DNA of 63,393 nucleotides, filler included, from Intoshia linei (taxonomy: Eukaryota > Animalia > Orthonectida), in assembly GCA_001642005.1 (NCBI GenBank). It is 4 parts of 4 records of this genome, joined end to end, with 100 filler letters (N's around TTAATTAATTAA, not from the genome) between each part and the next. Parts side by side here need not be neighbours in the genome. Positions count along the whole stretch, not along the records: positions 26,236 to 48,422 come from LWCA01000602.1; positions 48,523 to 59,721 come from LWCA01001203.1; 2 more parts are not named here. One strand, given 5' to 3'. The translations under genes were made by a program, and so were the position numbers. This document shows, in pieces, positions 38,801 to 52,800 of the stretch. Every line of letters starts with the position of its first letter. The first letter of the stretch is position 1. The notes beneath the pieces were generated by a model. The model was not told the origin of the DNA. It made no database searches and worked only from the letters and a program-made list of their open reading frames with translations.

Positions 38801-41612
38801 TTTCGCAAAAATAAAAAAAATGTAATGTTACGCGCCATCTATATTGTTCTAATAAATTAAAACATTTTTCAGTTATTTACAAAACATTAATTAAAAATTT
38901 AAGGGGTACAACTTCACCTTTTGCACCCTCTTGAATCCGCTACGGGGAGTAATTGAAAAACATTTTATACCTTCCCGTCTATTTAATTTTAACAAGACAA
39001 ATCACCAACGTGATCCATATGGAGCCATTTTAATTTAGTAATTTAATTTATTTATTTATGTATCAGTAGGGAATCCTTATTAGGGATTATAATTAGGCTA
39101 ACCATATTTTTGTCGTACTAAAAGTAGTACTTTTATTGCTTAGAAACAAAATATGTTTTTGATTAATTTTTTATTATAAAAATGAACATTTAAGTTAAAA
39201 TTCAATTTATAAGTTTATTTAGTTTTGAAAAGTACGTCGAAAGTATGAATAAAGTACGACTTTTGGCACTGTTCCAAATACTTTTGTATAGTTGGTTAAT
39301 ATATTATATATTTGGTCGTACTTCTGGTCACACTATTGTAATTCATAATATAAACCTGAATAGCAATAATTCGTTCTGATTTTTCAATTTCTTCTCCGTC
39401 CAGTCTCTATAAAACATGAATTAATTAATACAATGGTTTCGAAACTTCAATATTATACGAAAATGGATTCGTAATTTCACATTAAATTTAATCGGAACCA
39501 CTGAAAATGTAATTTCTAAGAATTATAAAGGCAAAATATTATTCATAACATTTCTTTTTACGTTCTGATTATGATTATTATTATGATCTGATGATCACGA
39601 CTAAAAAATGTTGATCTACGAAACTGTTTCATCATACAGACAAATTATAAAACTAAATACATTTAAAACAGTGGTTCCCGATTGGGGTCCCTGGACCCCT
39701 TGGCATTTAAAACTATAAACCCGGGTCCGTGAGATTCAAATAAAATATAAAAATTTTATCATCTTTTGTTTATATTAATGGGAGAATTTTTAATATTCAT
39801 TACAGAGTTGTTAGATATTAGAATATATCCCAATCCCTAAACGACCGCTACATTGTTATTTCAAAAATTTCACTTTTATCCCACTATTAATAAAATTTAA
39901 TTAAACATACCATTTCAAACCATTAGGTAAAAATCAACTTTTACCAATATTTTTTTGAAAAACACGATTTTATCGAATCTTATGAGCAACAACATCTTAA
40001 TCCAAAACCCAAAATAAAAAATCTAATTTTACCAACTTTTATTGAAAAAAATGGATTTTACCAATATTTTTTTGAAAAATACGATTTTACAAATCTTATG
40101 ATAAAAACCTTAATTTTTTTTAAAAATCAGATTTTATCAAATCTTATAAGCCACAACATCTTAATCCATAACCCAAAATATAAAATCCAATTTTACCAAC
40201 CCTTATTGAAAAAAATGGATTTTACAAATCCTACAAGAGAAACCTTAAATTTTTTAATAAATGTTTTATATTTCATGTTTTCTTTGGGATCCAAAAAAAT
40301 CAAATTTTGAAATGGGAATCCAGCAAACTATTTAAATCGGGAAGCACTGATTTAAATGAACCCAGGGATTAGAAGCGAAAAATAATAATCAGTAGAAAAT
40401 TTTAAAAAAATATCCGATTCGTTTAATAATTTTCACATTTTGATAATCATCAAAGTCGCAAAGCAAATCCGGCTCCGGCAATCCGGCAATACCCAGCTCG
40501 AGACCGCCGAAAATGAAACTGTGCCTAAATTTTTTTTATAAACTATGCATAGTTTGTTATAGCCCCTAACGTCTCCATAAGACTCTTGACTTGATATTTT
40601 AAATTTAACACTCAAAACAGTTGATATTCAAGAATTTAATGTTTTTAATGGTCAATTTGGAAAAATGAGGCCTCATTTTCAAAAATTTCGTCGAGGTCCC
40701 CGAAACGCGTATCGGGTACAGTAGGTTCTGTACTGTCGCAAGAGACCAGTTAACCCGGATAGAAACAATTTAATAATTAAGTATTTACCTTTAGATATGG
40801 TAAAGATGCAATGACAAATTCTCGATATCCTTCATAATCTTTACAAGGGTTACCGGTAAGATAACTATTATAAAATAGAGTACAAATGAATAAATCTAAT
40901 ACAATGAAATTTACATTTCAGTTAAAAATTCTAAGTTAGCTAGAGAATCAATTGATGACAATTTTCGTATGAAATTTACAGTTAAATCCAATTTTTGTAA
41001 ATTTTCACAACCTAAATTAAATTAATCCATGAATCCGATTAAATAATTTTGACCCAAATTTCTTGAACCGGTATAATATTTAACTCGTATTACCCTACCC
41101 CGTAACAATATTATATATTTAAAAAGTATTGTATTCACCCGTTCCTGTTGTAGTTTTCTAACATAGTTTTATAATTTAAATCCATTTACAATTAATAAAT
41201 ATATTAAAAAATAAAAATAAATACTATAATTATATACACATTTTGTATCAATTTTTACCTTTTAAACCTTCTATAAATTCTATATTATTTAGAGCCAAAT
41301 TTAAATATTCTAAATTTTTCAGTCTTGATAAATTTTCAATTTTTTCAATCAGATTACTTTGTAAATACAATATTTTTAATTTTCTACACCAATTATCTAT
41401 ATGTTCTATCCTACAAATTCATATTAGAATATGCAAATTAAATAAGATATAATTGATTTTTTAAACTTTTCAATGTCAAGTTGATGCAACGAAACTTCTT
41501 CTAAAGTTGACAGCATGCATTCATTATGTTCTGCTCTCTTTCGGATTAAATTTGCTGTTACTAAATTTAAAATATAAGTTTATAGATTTAGTTATTTTTT
41601 ACTTTTAACCAT
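35842..41612 (-). CDS. LRRC6: LRRC6/DNAAF11 (TilB) axonemal dynein assembly factor
   Basis: [110 protein letters not shown] domain [34 protein letters not shown], tail DLPNLV*. Confidence 0.95.
36836..37068 (+). mobile_element. hAT-type MITE, family of 40464
   Basis: Starts CAGAGCCGAACCTACCCAGCTCGAG and is colinear with 40490-40725. Confidence 0.65.
38647..38946. mobile_element. MITE
   Basis: Imperfect TIRs CAGGGGCGGATCCAAGA / TCTTGAATCCGCTACGG. Confidence 0.55.
39669..40349. mobile_element. hAT-type MITE
   Basis: TIRs CAGTGGTTCCCGAT / ATCGGGAAGCACTG; TSD ATTTAAAA/ATTTAAAT; inverted sibling at 54716. Confidence 0.8.
40464..40735. mobile_element. hAT-type MITE
   Basis: Perfect 8-bp TSD TCGCAAAG (40456-40463, 40736-40743); right end GTAGGTTCTGTACTG is the inverse of the 36836 left end. 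Confidence 0.8.
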
Positions 41613-42100
41613 CAATTTGTTTATTTCTATATAGTTACATTTTATATATACTTTATGTATATTTGTTGATATCAATTCATATCCAAGATAAAACAGATCT
41701 TACAGAAACTGATTCTCTTACTTGATAGTTTCACTTTAATTGATGGTTTCAAACTTAGCATGAGCGCAAATTCAATTTATGATTATTAATTTTAAAAATT
41801 TATTGGAAGAATAATAATTTTATTCCACACTTAATATTACGGAAAATTACACATTCAAAATTTATAAAAATTATTTTCAAAACTTCCTTCAAGTTTAAAA
41901 AATATAACTGTAAAATGATTTTTATTTATTAATTTTCTGGCACCCAAAAACTGGTCAACTTACCAAATAAAAATTGTTCTATTTTTGTTACTAGAGATAA
42001 TAATTTTTAATAAACTTATTACATTTAATTCTGTTTAATTATTGCAAAAACGTTTTGTTCTGTACGTTGAAAATATAAAATAAACCTTTTTTATAGACTT
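41613..42100. promoter_or_regulatory. putative bidirectional promoter LRRC6/FDXR
   Basis: Start codons are head-to-head, 488 bp apart. Confidence 0.45.
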
Positions 42101-45100
42101 ATGTTACGTATTGCCGTTATAGGAGGTAATATTGTAGTATTATAATCAGATTTCTCATTAGACATCAAATTAACACGACATAATTTTATTGAATTTGCTT
42201 TAACTATTTGACCAGTCGTTATACATTTGTTTCTTTTTAATCAATTTTACTGATTATTTAGTCAACTAATTTAATTTTTAGACATTATTTATTTCATCAA
42301 TTTACAATTATTTAGCTGGACCAGCAGGATTTTATACCTCGCAGAAATTGTTAAAAGTATTGTTAAATTTTATATTAAATATCTAAAAAAGGTAGTTCTA
42401 GTGACAATAGATGAAAATATTTGTGTTAATTAATATTATAATTATTACTTTTAATGAAATGTTATAAACTGATATCAGTGACTCCTAACCGTTTCTGTTT
42501 ATAGCCTCTTTTGACTATTTTTTGAAAAATTAAGAAATAATTAATCTACTTTTTTTACCAAAAAATTTCTTTCAATAATTATTATAATAGACGGCCAAAA
42601 TTGATAATGTATCCTGAATATCATTTATAAAATGTTTTTCTATTGTATTAAATTTTATTTTTTATTCAGTTTATTTTAGTTTTTTAAGAAAAGTTATTAC
42701 AAGTTAGAATTTCTAACTAATATTTTATGCATTTTTCTAGGGACCTATCTAAAATCTCCCTTGATTACCTTGATCCTAATTTATATACCATCGAGATTTT
42801 GTCACATGCATAAGTCCAAAAATTACCGTTTTTTAAGTAATACTCTTTTTTAGAGTCGGTACGGGTCGTTAATAAAAATTTTTTTACTACGATCCATACA
42901 CCATAGCTTGCTATCAAAAGATACTTGTATCTTTTCAAATTTAATTAAATTATTAAATTTCATTTTTCAGTTTTAACGCCACCTATTCGCATCTAAATAT
43001 TAAAAAAAAATTCGGTCTGAACGGGAACACTGTCTTACCATTAGAATTTTCAGGTACTCTGTTTTATCAAATTTTGAAGAAAATTAGTTATATTTTAATA
43101 GATGTATTATAATGCATTTAATAGTTTATTACTAAAATTAAACTTGACATATTTGAAAAATTACCAGTTCCATATGGATTAGTACGCTATGGAGTTTCAC
43201 CAGACCATCCTGATGTAAAGGTAACTAATTATAATTCTTTAATGTTTAGGATTAATGTCTTATATCTATTTGCATATTTTTTTAGAATTGTACTCGAATA
43301 TTTGATAAAATTTTGGAGGACAACAGAGTTCGTTTTTTTGGAAATGTAGAAATTGGAAAATCCATTCCTCTGACTTCTTTGGCAAATAATTACAATGCTA
43401 TTCTTTTGGTAATTACTTTATCATCTACGTTCATATTTTCTTTATGAATGTTCATTGAATTTTTTCTTTTGTATATATGTAGTTATATAGTTTCCCAACC
43501 ACGCAGAGCAAAATACATTTAATTTAATATTAATTTAATTATCCTATACATACTAATTTTCAAGAAGTATTTTTAAATTATAAAAGTTAAATGTTACAAT
43601 ATATGGGTGAATTTTTCGTAATGATATTCAGTATTATCTCTAGTCCGCCAATGTTGAGATTCCCGACTTCAGACTTATATACATTTTGTACTTTTGGTAT
43701 ATTAGGAATTTGAAGATACAAATAAACGATAGCCATATATAACCAGTTTTTTCCAATCTCTTGAATTTTACGAGTCAAAAGGTAGTAGCTAAGTTTAATT
43801 TTAACGCAGAGGTTTTAAACGGTGGGCAAATGAATATTTATTATTTATTAGAGGCAACTAGTGTTTTGAATATATGTTGTAAATTTTTTATTCTTCTGGA
43901 CGGTAGAAAATGATGCGCAATGGCAGTTTGTAAATGTTTCATGTCTCAGTTTCCGCTATTAATCAAATAACCGTTTCCAAAACTTTATATCAACGTTGAG
44001 GGTTGGTGAATTGTAGACATAATAATGTTTTTATTAATAGACATGTACATTTTAGTCTATTGGAGCTTCGCCAAACCATTTGAAATTTAACGTAATTTTT
44101 ATATTTGTGTGGGTTGTTATTATGTATTATTAAATATTTTCTTATATTCGTATGTTCATTTAGAATAGCAATTTTTTGCAAAGTGCAGACTGTCTCATTT
44201 CGTGGATTAATGGACACCCGGATTACCACCATGTTATTAACATGTTAATTCAATTTATTTTTTATTTTTTTAGCTAAAATTTTCATTTGAAAATGTAAAA
44301 ACCGTGTCTATTATTGGACAAGGAAATGTGGCTATAGACGTTGCAAGATTATTAAGTTTACCAATTGAAAAATTAGAGGTAATAATATATTCTAGTGTTT
44401 TTCAACTTTTCTCAGGTTGAATGGCTGGTATATTAATGTAATCAAAAATTCATTCAATACTGTTTAATTCATTATTATTATTTATTATCATTTTGAATAA
44501 ATCAACATTTAATCTCAAAAGTTGGCATATCTTTATTTACGCTGACATTAACCACATTCAGAACTTTGACTCCAAAAAAATTAAATAGTATAAAAATGTT
44601 AATTATAAACAGTAATTTAAAGTTTAGAATGAGCGTTTTACGATTTAATTTATATTATTACCTTTGCATTTATGTACTTTTTACAAAAAGCAGTAGAGTA
44701 TCTAGTGGTGCAAAAACATAAAAGGTGAGTGAAAAAAATTGTGTTTTTGAACCTGACGGGCTCCATTTCTGAAAATAACAATTACCGATAAAACCTCACC
44801 CTCAAAAAATTGTATTAGAAATTGATGTTTTAAAATTATACTCTTATTACTTACGGGAGTTAATTGTATAAATAAATTGTAACAAACAGACAGGCATTTA
44901 ACTTATATAAAACTCTTTGTTTGTCTGTCTATCTGCTATCGTTTATTTCAATAACTTCAATAACATTTCTATCAGAGCCGTTTTAAGGCATGGGCAATAT
45001 GGGCTGTAGCCCAGGGCCACTCATTAAAAAAGGCCCCAAATTAATAAAAGTACTTTACACTTATATCCTAAAAAAGGCCTTAATATATTAAAAAATACTT

Positions 45101-48100
45101 CACATTTATATCTTAAGAAACAGTTTATAAGTTTTGAAGTGTGGGAATTCAAATAGCTAGAAAGAAAATTGTTTAAAGAATCAAAGTTCTGGTAAATTAT
45201 TCAAAAAAGAAAGTAGGAAATCGTTGATTTTCTCTTATTAATTTTTAAAAAAGGGGCCCTAAATTTTTTTTATCGTTTCTATCGAAATTTTTTCTCGCTT
45301 CGCTCAAAACTTTAAAGGGCCTCCGGTACTTTGCTTACCCCAGGGCCAAAAAAACTCAAGTGGCTTAAGACGGATTTGATTTCTATTACCGTTTTTTACG
45401 GATAAAAGTCAGATAAATTTCAGGAGAATTATCAGAAGGTTTTTAGGGAATTTTTTTTTAATTAGGGAAATAATGATATTATGAACTTTTTTACTTATTT
45501 TCAAGAGAGTTTTAAGGAATTTTTTTAAACTATATTCAATAGTGTTTTTATGGAAATTTTATTTGATTAGAGAAATAATGAAATTAGCGACTTTTTTTAC
45601 CTATTTTCAAGAGGGTTTTAAGAAATTTTTTTATTATATTTTAAAAGAGTTTTTAGGGAATTTTTTTAATTAGGGAATTAATGAAATTAGGTCAATTTTT
45701 TTAACTATATTTTGACGAGAGTTTTTAGGGAAATCTTTTTTATTAAATTTTAAAGAAGGTTGCAGTTTTTTAATTTTAATTTTGTTTTGACTATGTTATT
45801 GACGAAACTAAGATGTGTAGAGCTTTAAAAATACCAATATCTAGTAAACTTTATAGAGGATTAGATTTTATAGCAAATTATATTTCAGAAATTGAGTCTT
45901 ATAGTGTAAAAACCCTAAATTACGCATCCTATTTTTAAAAATAAACAGAGAAGTAGATTTTTAAATATCTACATTCTAGTACAGGGTGCACATTGTGCAC
46001 AACCTTTCCACCGATTCAGCTACTTTACTAGTTTATGCTACGGTTGCACAAAATTTAATTTGACATTGAAAGAGTTTGAGAAATGAGAAAAATCAAATAT
46101 GTAACTTTTTGAAAATATTTCCCTTGAATTTGAAGTAAAAGTATATATTGCATTATAATCACATGGATTCCCTACGGCCGCACATAAACGCTTTCACGGC
46201 AGCATGCGGCCGTAAGGCAAATTTCAATTTCAAAAACTAATATTAACTTAGGCATTAATTTTCAACTACATAATTTACTGTTTACCTTTTTTGGGGAAAA
46301 TTATTTCATTAAAACAAAAAAAATTGTTTTGACTTGTTTGGGAACCATTCCATTAAAAGATTGGTAATCCTGAATAGTGGGATTTGTATGTAAGATTTTA
46401 TTTTTTTAGTAGAAACAGAAAATTTCACCCTCGGCCGAGCTAGGTGCTGTTTGTACAAAATACAAAACAGCCAAGCTACTTACTGTATATAAGTAAGGAT
46501 ATTATCATTTGTTATCATTTAGAAGACGGATATTTCTGATGTGGCATTGCAAGTATTGAAGAAATCATCTATTGATACAATTAATATTATTGGCCGTAGA
46601 GGTCCACTTGATATGGCATGTACTACAGCTGAACTTCGAGAATTGACTAAAATTGGATCAAATGTAAATGTCATTATTCCAGAACAATATTTTAGTAAAT
46701 TAAATAGTATTTCTATCAATGGTAATCTAATTACTATTCAATGATGCATTTTTATTTTCATTATTTAGATTTATCAAGAATTAAAAAACGTTTTTTTAAA
46801 TTACTGTCAACACTGAATTGTAACAAATGTACCCCCAAAAAATTTGAAAGTTTTAAAAATATTTTTTTTCATTACTATTTATCACCCTATCAATGCAATC
46901 CAAACGAATGTAATTCAAATTTACTCAGGTCTATTCATTTTATTAATGTAAGTTTTTATTCAAATACGTTTTGTATAATAACCAATATAATAAATCGATA
47001 AAAAAATCTTAACTAAATTTAATTTACATTGTAATAATTTTTTATGCTCTATTTTGAAAGAATTTTGCTCAAAATTATAATTGTAATTGGTGTAGAACAT
47101 GTTAATTTAAAAAAATAAATCGAAACATTTTTATCGATTGCCATCAGTGCTGGCCGGAAATAGTAACAGCTCTAAAAGTCAACACTTTTGAATTTGGATT
47201 AGTGTCAATTTTTTATGTTTATATTCTATTTTATAAATTGACAAATAATGGTTATTCATTATTTTTTTTATAGTTTAATCAGCTTATTAGAAATTTTTAA
47301 ATTTGGAAATTTAATTTTAGAATGAAAATAATGATAGAGTGGAAATTGAAACAGATTTGGTAAAATTTTTATTCAAACATTTTATTTTATATTTAGGCAT
47401 TTGAATCTGTAGGTTACAAATATGATGTCAATATTTACTCAAATGTTCTAGATAAATACCGAATTTCCTTAGGTTAATTTAGCTACATTTATGTATACAT
47501 GAATATATAATTATAGGTTTTATATAATAAAACCTATGTGGATCCCATTAAATATGTGATTATGAACCTTTTCTGTTAGCTTGGTTTAATTTTCTATTTT
47601 TTTGTTACATCGCCCATGAATAAACTTGAATGAGTAACTGAACCGGTACTTACTAATGAGAATCTATTTTTAACATTATTAAAAAAGATGAGTTGATTGA
47701 ATTACAATTGTAATTCCAAAAAGAACAAAAAGTCGTAATTAAATGAGTTGATTGGTTTAAAATGTTTGAAATTAAAGTAAGCTTTTAATTAATAATTTCT
47801 TTGCTATTTTCACTTTTCCGCTGTATAGTTTTTAATCCCTACGGATTCAGAAATTTGAATCGTGAATCATCGATCATATTTTTATATTGTTACTGATTGT
47901 TTAATCGCATATGAACTGGATGTACAGAATTAAAATTTTTCATAGACAAATTTTCATTTGGTATTGACCGTTAGAATTTTATTTTTACATCATTAATTAC
48001 TACTAACTTTAATTGTAATGAATTAATTTTTAGAAGGCCAAGATTATATCAAAACGGCACATAATTCACTTGTTCCAGTTTTCTCTAGTGGGTGGTGTAA

Positions 48101-48231
48101 GAATGGTGCTCAAGGTGTTATTGCTGCTACGATGCAGTGTGCTTATCATGAAGCCAGCAATATGATTAGCCATTTTCAAAAAACAAATTATAATTCAAAT
48201 TTACTTGATATTTCACATTTTATTGATAACG
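42101..48231 (+). CDS. FDXR: NADPH:adrenodoxin oxidoreductase (ferredoxin reductase), 3'-partial
   Basis: [113 protein letters not shown]. Last exon not found before the linker at 48423. Confidence 0.95.
44973..45378. mobile_element. hAT MITE
   Basis: TIRs CAGAGCCGTTTTAAG / CTTAAGACGGATTTG; perfect TSD ATTTCTAT. Confidence 0.88.
45440..45760. repeat. degenerate tandem repeat (~75-110 bp units)
   Basis: Recurrent GAGTTTTTAGGGAATTTTTT..ATTAGGGAAATAATGA blocks. Confidence 0.6.
45976..46499 (-). mobile_element. possibly complete non-autonomous Helitron
   Basis: 5' A|TCCTTACTTATATA (46499); 3' hairpin+CTAG at 46028 (CTAG|T) and again at 45976 (GTGCACAATGTGCAC..CTAG); no TIR or TSD. Confidence 0.5.
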
Positions 48232-48422
48232 GTAAATACATACTATTTATTGATACTGGACTATTGAATTCATAAAACATGAAAAATATTAATATTATAA
48301 TTTAAAGGTTAAACTATCCAAATAAAAATCGTCTTTGTTGAAATATTTTAAATGAGTTCAATAAGATTATCATTGATCAATGATCATTAATGATTAGTTA
48401 TATATTATTAGGGTCTTAAATA

Positions 48423-48522
48423 NNNNNNNNNNNNNNNNNNNNNNNNNNNNNNNNNNNNNNNNNNNNTTAATTAATTAANNNNNNNNNNNNNNNNNNNNNN
48501 NNNNNNNNNNNNNNNNNNNNNN
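48423..48522. other. artificial contig linker
   Basis: N44-TTAATTAATTAA-N44. Confidence 0.97.
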
Positions 48523-49003
48523 TTTCGAAATGTCCAATCAATGTTTGTTCAAACAAAATTGTCATGTTCATATTGATCCGAGTTCATATTCTAGAATGTT
48601 CATATAGAACAGAATTGACTGTATTTCACTGTAAAAATAAATTCTACTTTTAATGGTAAAAACAGTATTTCAAGCACTATAATATAGTAAATAATATACA
48701 TATATTATGTATATAGCTAGTTCTGAGGTTTGTCAATCATCTGCACCATTTCACTTTCAATATAATAAAAAATTAAAACTGATGTGGTAATAGTTAAATC
48801 AAAAGTGATAATGTTGTGTAACAATTAAATAACCTATTTTGTATCACAGCGTATCATATTATTATCACATTGGATTTAGATATTATCATATCGATAGTAA
48901 TTATTATCATATAAAAAGTGAAATGGTATAGTTCGCCATGTATTTACAACTTTTCTAGTAACTCAATACATTTCAAACTATAATTCACAAATTTTAAAAT
49001 TTT

Positions 49004-49210
49004 TTATTTTATCAACAGGGATGAAGCAGGGAGCAAGGCATGAATAGATTTTTTTAATTTATTTTGAAAAATTTTTGCCGAATAGTGGAAATTAGTGAAT
49101 AACGGAGGTTTAACATAAAAGTCACCAAAGCTAATGTTTTTTTCATCGATTAACGAAATTGGCGAATAATTTATAGCAGAGTCGAACTTAACATACCAGA
49201 GACTATTCAT
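49004..49210 (-). CDS. unassigned 68-aa ORF or exon
   Basis: ATG ORF in a GC-richer island; no recognisable motif. Confidence 0.2.
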   Translation of the reverse strand: MNSLWYVKFDSAINYSPISLIDEKNISFGDFYVKPPLFTNFHYSAKIFQNKLKKSIHALLPASSLLIK

Positions 49211-51809
49211 TACATCTTATGAATCATAAGTTAAACTAATTGGAGGCTTTTATAATTTTTTTAAATTATGTCCATTTATAGAAAATTAGAGCTTGAGTAA
49301 ACAATGTTAAATTTAATTAATGTAAATTAAATTTACACTATCTTAAATAAATGTTTTTGATGACCTATTTCATTGTCGGTTATAAATACGTATTAGGGGG
49401 TAATTTTGATTATTTTCTCATTTGTACAAAAAATTTCATTTTTGTTTAATAATTTGGAGGTAAATATGTATATAATATCCACCTAGTGACCAACGGCTTT
49501 GATTAGGGGTTATTCAACAAGTTATCAAACGTGTATTAATTTTTTAAATTAATTAATTTTAAATTATGATATAGTATAACATTATAAAATTTCAAAAAAT
49601 CGACCTCATGTAGTTTCTAGACCAGGGATATCAGACTCAATTTGATTGTCAAGCTAAAAGTGAAAAAAATATCTCTAGCCAAACCATTATTAATTAACCA
49701 TTAGCCCTTCTGTGACATTTTAATTAATAAAATGAAATAAGAAACAATAATAATGGAATAAGTGCATAACTAATGCTAAAATTGTAAAAAAAAATTCTAA
49801 TTCGGGCCACAAAAAATTTTATATATATTTTCCAAGATAATGTATTTAATATTTAAAATTGAGTATAAGGAAGAATCGAAAAAATCTAAAAGTGCTAAAA
49901 CTATCTAAAAGTACCATTTTTTAATCATCATTAATTATATCTAAAAAAAATTTGATAAGAAGGGGCCATAGCTTCGAAAAGATACACAAGACTGTTTGGT
50001 ATGATCAATACATTATTTTGATTTTTGGGTAAGTTAATTAGTGAAGTTTCTAACAATATCTATTAATTTAGAATAATACGTCCGCCACATTAGCCTAGCC
50101 CTTATCCACAGCCCAAGGCTGATTAATGGGATTATTTAATCAGAAAAGTTTAGCATTATTTAAAAATATATACATAAATATATATATATTATATATATAG
50201 TATATAATATACTATACCTAAAAAATATACATTTCAAAACTATAAATATTTACCAAGTATTTTTTAGATTTTTATTTTTCATTTTATATTTTTTTAGTTT
50301 ATTTTTAATTTTTTAATAATTATTTATCTGTATTTTGGAATTTGTATATTTTTATATATTTGTAAAAATCTAAAAATTTGAAATTATTATAATTTAGTTT
50401 TTACTGATAACAATATTTGTATAGTCTTAATTAATCAATTAAAGTGATATATTTTTGCTTCGCTCCAATTATTAATACTTATCATGAATATAAATGTTAG
50501 ATTTGTGAAGACTGAATACTTATCATTACAAAAAATTATGAAACTGAATATTCAGATCAGATTATATATATGTATAAACGTTGTATAATTTAAATTGCAA
50601 ATCAGTGATTCTCAATTTTTGGGGACTTTTAACTATGCATCAATAATAAAAATAAAAACCGTTATATTTTTTGTATACTTGATAATATAAATAATATAAT
50701 AAATACCATGTATTGCGTACATTTATGTTTATGATTTGTTTTTTTCAATATTATTAGAATTGGACTTATATGATAAAAATGTTATTTATACACTTGGGGC
50801 CATAATCACAGGATTGCTACTATTCTAATATAACAGATAATGTTAGAAAATTTCTTAATTATGTTGAAGTATATTGACCCATGATCATATTAGACAATGC
50901 TGTGTAAATATTTAAATTAAATTTTAACCTTTATGGACTTATTTTGTTAACATTAAACTTATATTAACTGTGAAACTTAAAATAGTGCGGTTCTGTCAAG
51001 AAGGTTGATGAACCTGTTATAGTCCTTAACTTACAATTAATTAACATTATTATCTTGTTTACATCCTCAGGGCTGATTAATATCGATTTTATTGTTTGCA
51101 TCAAATTAATTGTACGTTGTATATTTGAGTGATTCAATTTACATTACATTAAATTACATTGTATTAATATTAAATTTTTTATAATTTAAAAATTTGTTTG
51201 TTAACTGATACTAATAAACAACCATGTATTTTAAATAATCAGATAATCAAACAAAAAAATCTTATTTCTATATTTAACGACACTATACTACATGTATTAT
51301 CTTTAGTATCTTTAATTAATAAATTTTATTATATCATTATAATCATATTTACATGTTAATAAATTTTAAGACGGTAAATTCATTTTAAATTAAAATTTAA
51401 TAGCAACCAAATATTATTCTGAAAAATTAAACGTACATTTTTTAAACTAACATTTAGAACTAAACTTTTTTCATTTTCTTTTTTCAATTAGGTTATTAAT
51501 AATATATCAATATATTAATAATCATGAAATATATTATAATTTTGGGAAAATTTAGATCCACATATCCATTTATATTTCAATGTAATTGATTATACAAATA
51601 CAAATGTATGTACTGTAAAACATTTTGTTTTATAAAATATCAATATAAACATTAAACAATGTCAAATTATAAAAACTATGTAAATATGTTAAATTAAGTG
51701 TAATTTTGAAAAATTTTGACAACTTTGATATTTTGGGCAATTTATATTTTTTAAATTTTTATTACAATTTATACATATTATTTTAATTTATAAATCAAGT
51801 TTTCTTTTA

Positions 51810-52800
51810 GTAGTATAAATATGAATGTCAGTGTGTTATCGTCTAATTAAAAAATTAAGAGTCGTAGAATATTAAAAATCCCAAATATAATACAGTTTTA
51901 GGAGAGTAATGTTTTATCGAAAATTTTATTTTCAGAAATTGAGTCCTTCAAGGTATAAACCCAAAAACCCAAAAACCAAAATTACTCTTTATTTTTTTTA
52001 AAAATAAAATCAATCCTAGAATTTAATAAAACATAATGTCTGGGACGTGTTTTAAAATCATAAAAATTGTCATAAATCTCAGCTTCAGTAACGCTTAGGT
52101 TTTTATACATTTTTCTGTTCTTTTTTTATGGTTAATATGTCATAATAATCACTCATCCTTATTTATATAATATGTTACGCAGTATTTGTTGGTGTGTGTG
52201 TTCCACTTTATTTCAATAACTACCCGTCTTAGAATTTTATAAAGTTCACATTTCAATTACAGTTTTTTCCGGAGGTGTTTGCAAATAAATTTCAATCTAC
52301 AAAACTCACATCTTACGGATCAAAAACCCCAAATTACCCTTTTTTTATGAAAACAGCCCTAATAATTAAAAAAATTTATAAGTGGTACAGTTGTATCCTG
52401 TTAACACACACAAAAAATTTCAATCCAAATAAGTGACGACTTCATAGTCAAAAAAACATTTTAGTATTCATATATTATTTTTTCGAAATATTTTATTAAA
52501 ACAAAAAATGTGAAATAATTAAGGGTCCGAAAATTAAAAAAAAAATTATTCTGATAGAGCGTATTCCAGTTGATATAAATACAAAATGTCAATCCCAGAA
52601 ATCTACGCATTCCCGGTGAAAAATAATTTTTAATATATTATCAACCAATATTTTTCAAATATTTCGATTAAAATAAAAATTGAAAATGTAAATATTGATC
52701 CTACAATTTCAAAAAAAATTTGCATTGAACGTCTACACATTTCAAATAAAGAAATAGGGATGAAAATCTATATAATTCATTCCTTCGGAATTTTTTTCAA
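51810..52800 (+). mobile_element. two adjacent Helitron-like repeats
   Basis: Same A-then-B arrangement as 10330-11700; second starts A|TCCTTATTTATATAATATG at 52156. Confidence 0.55.

Noticed and set aside
43587-43980. Possible nested gene in an FDXR intron
   Set aside because: Stops in the coding-like frames and no splice structure; more likely decayed TE sequence.
49487-50571. Alternative genetic code or selenocysteine from TGA in exon-like blocks
   Set aside because: All well-supported genes translate with the standard code; no SECIS or selenoprotein motif seen.
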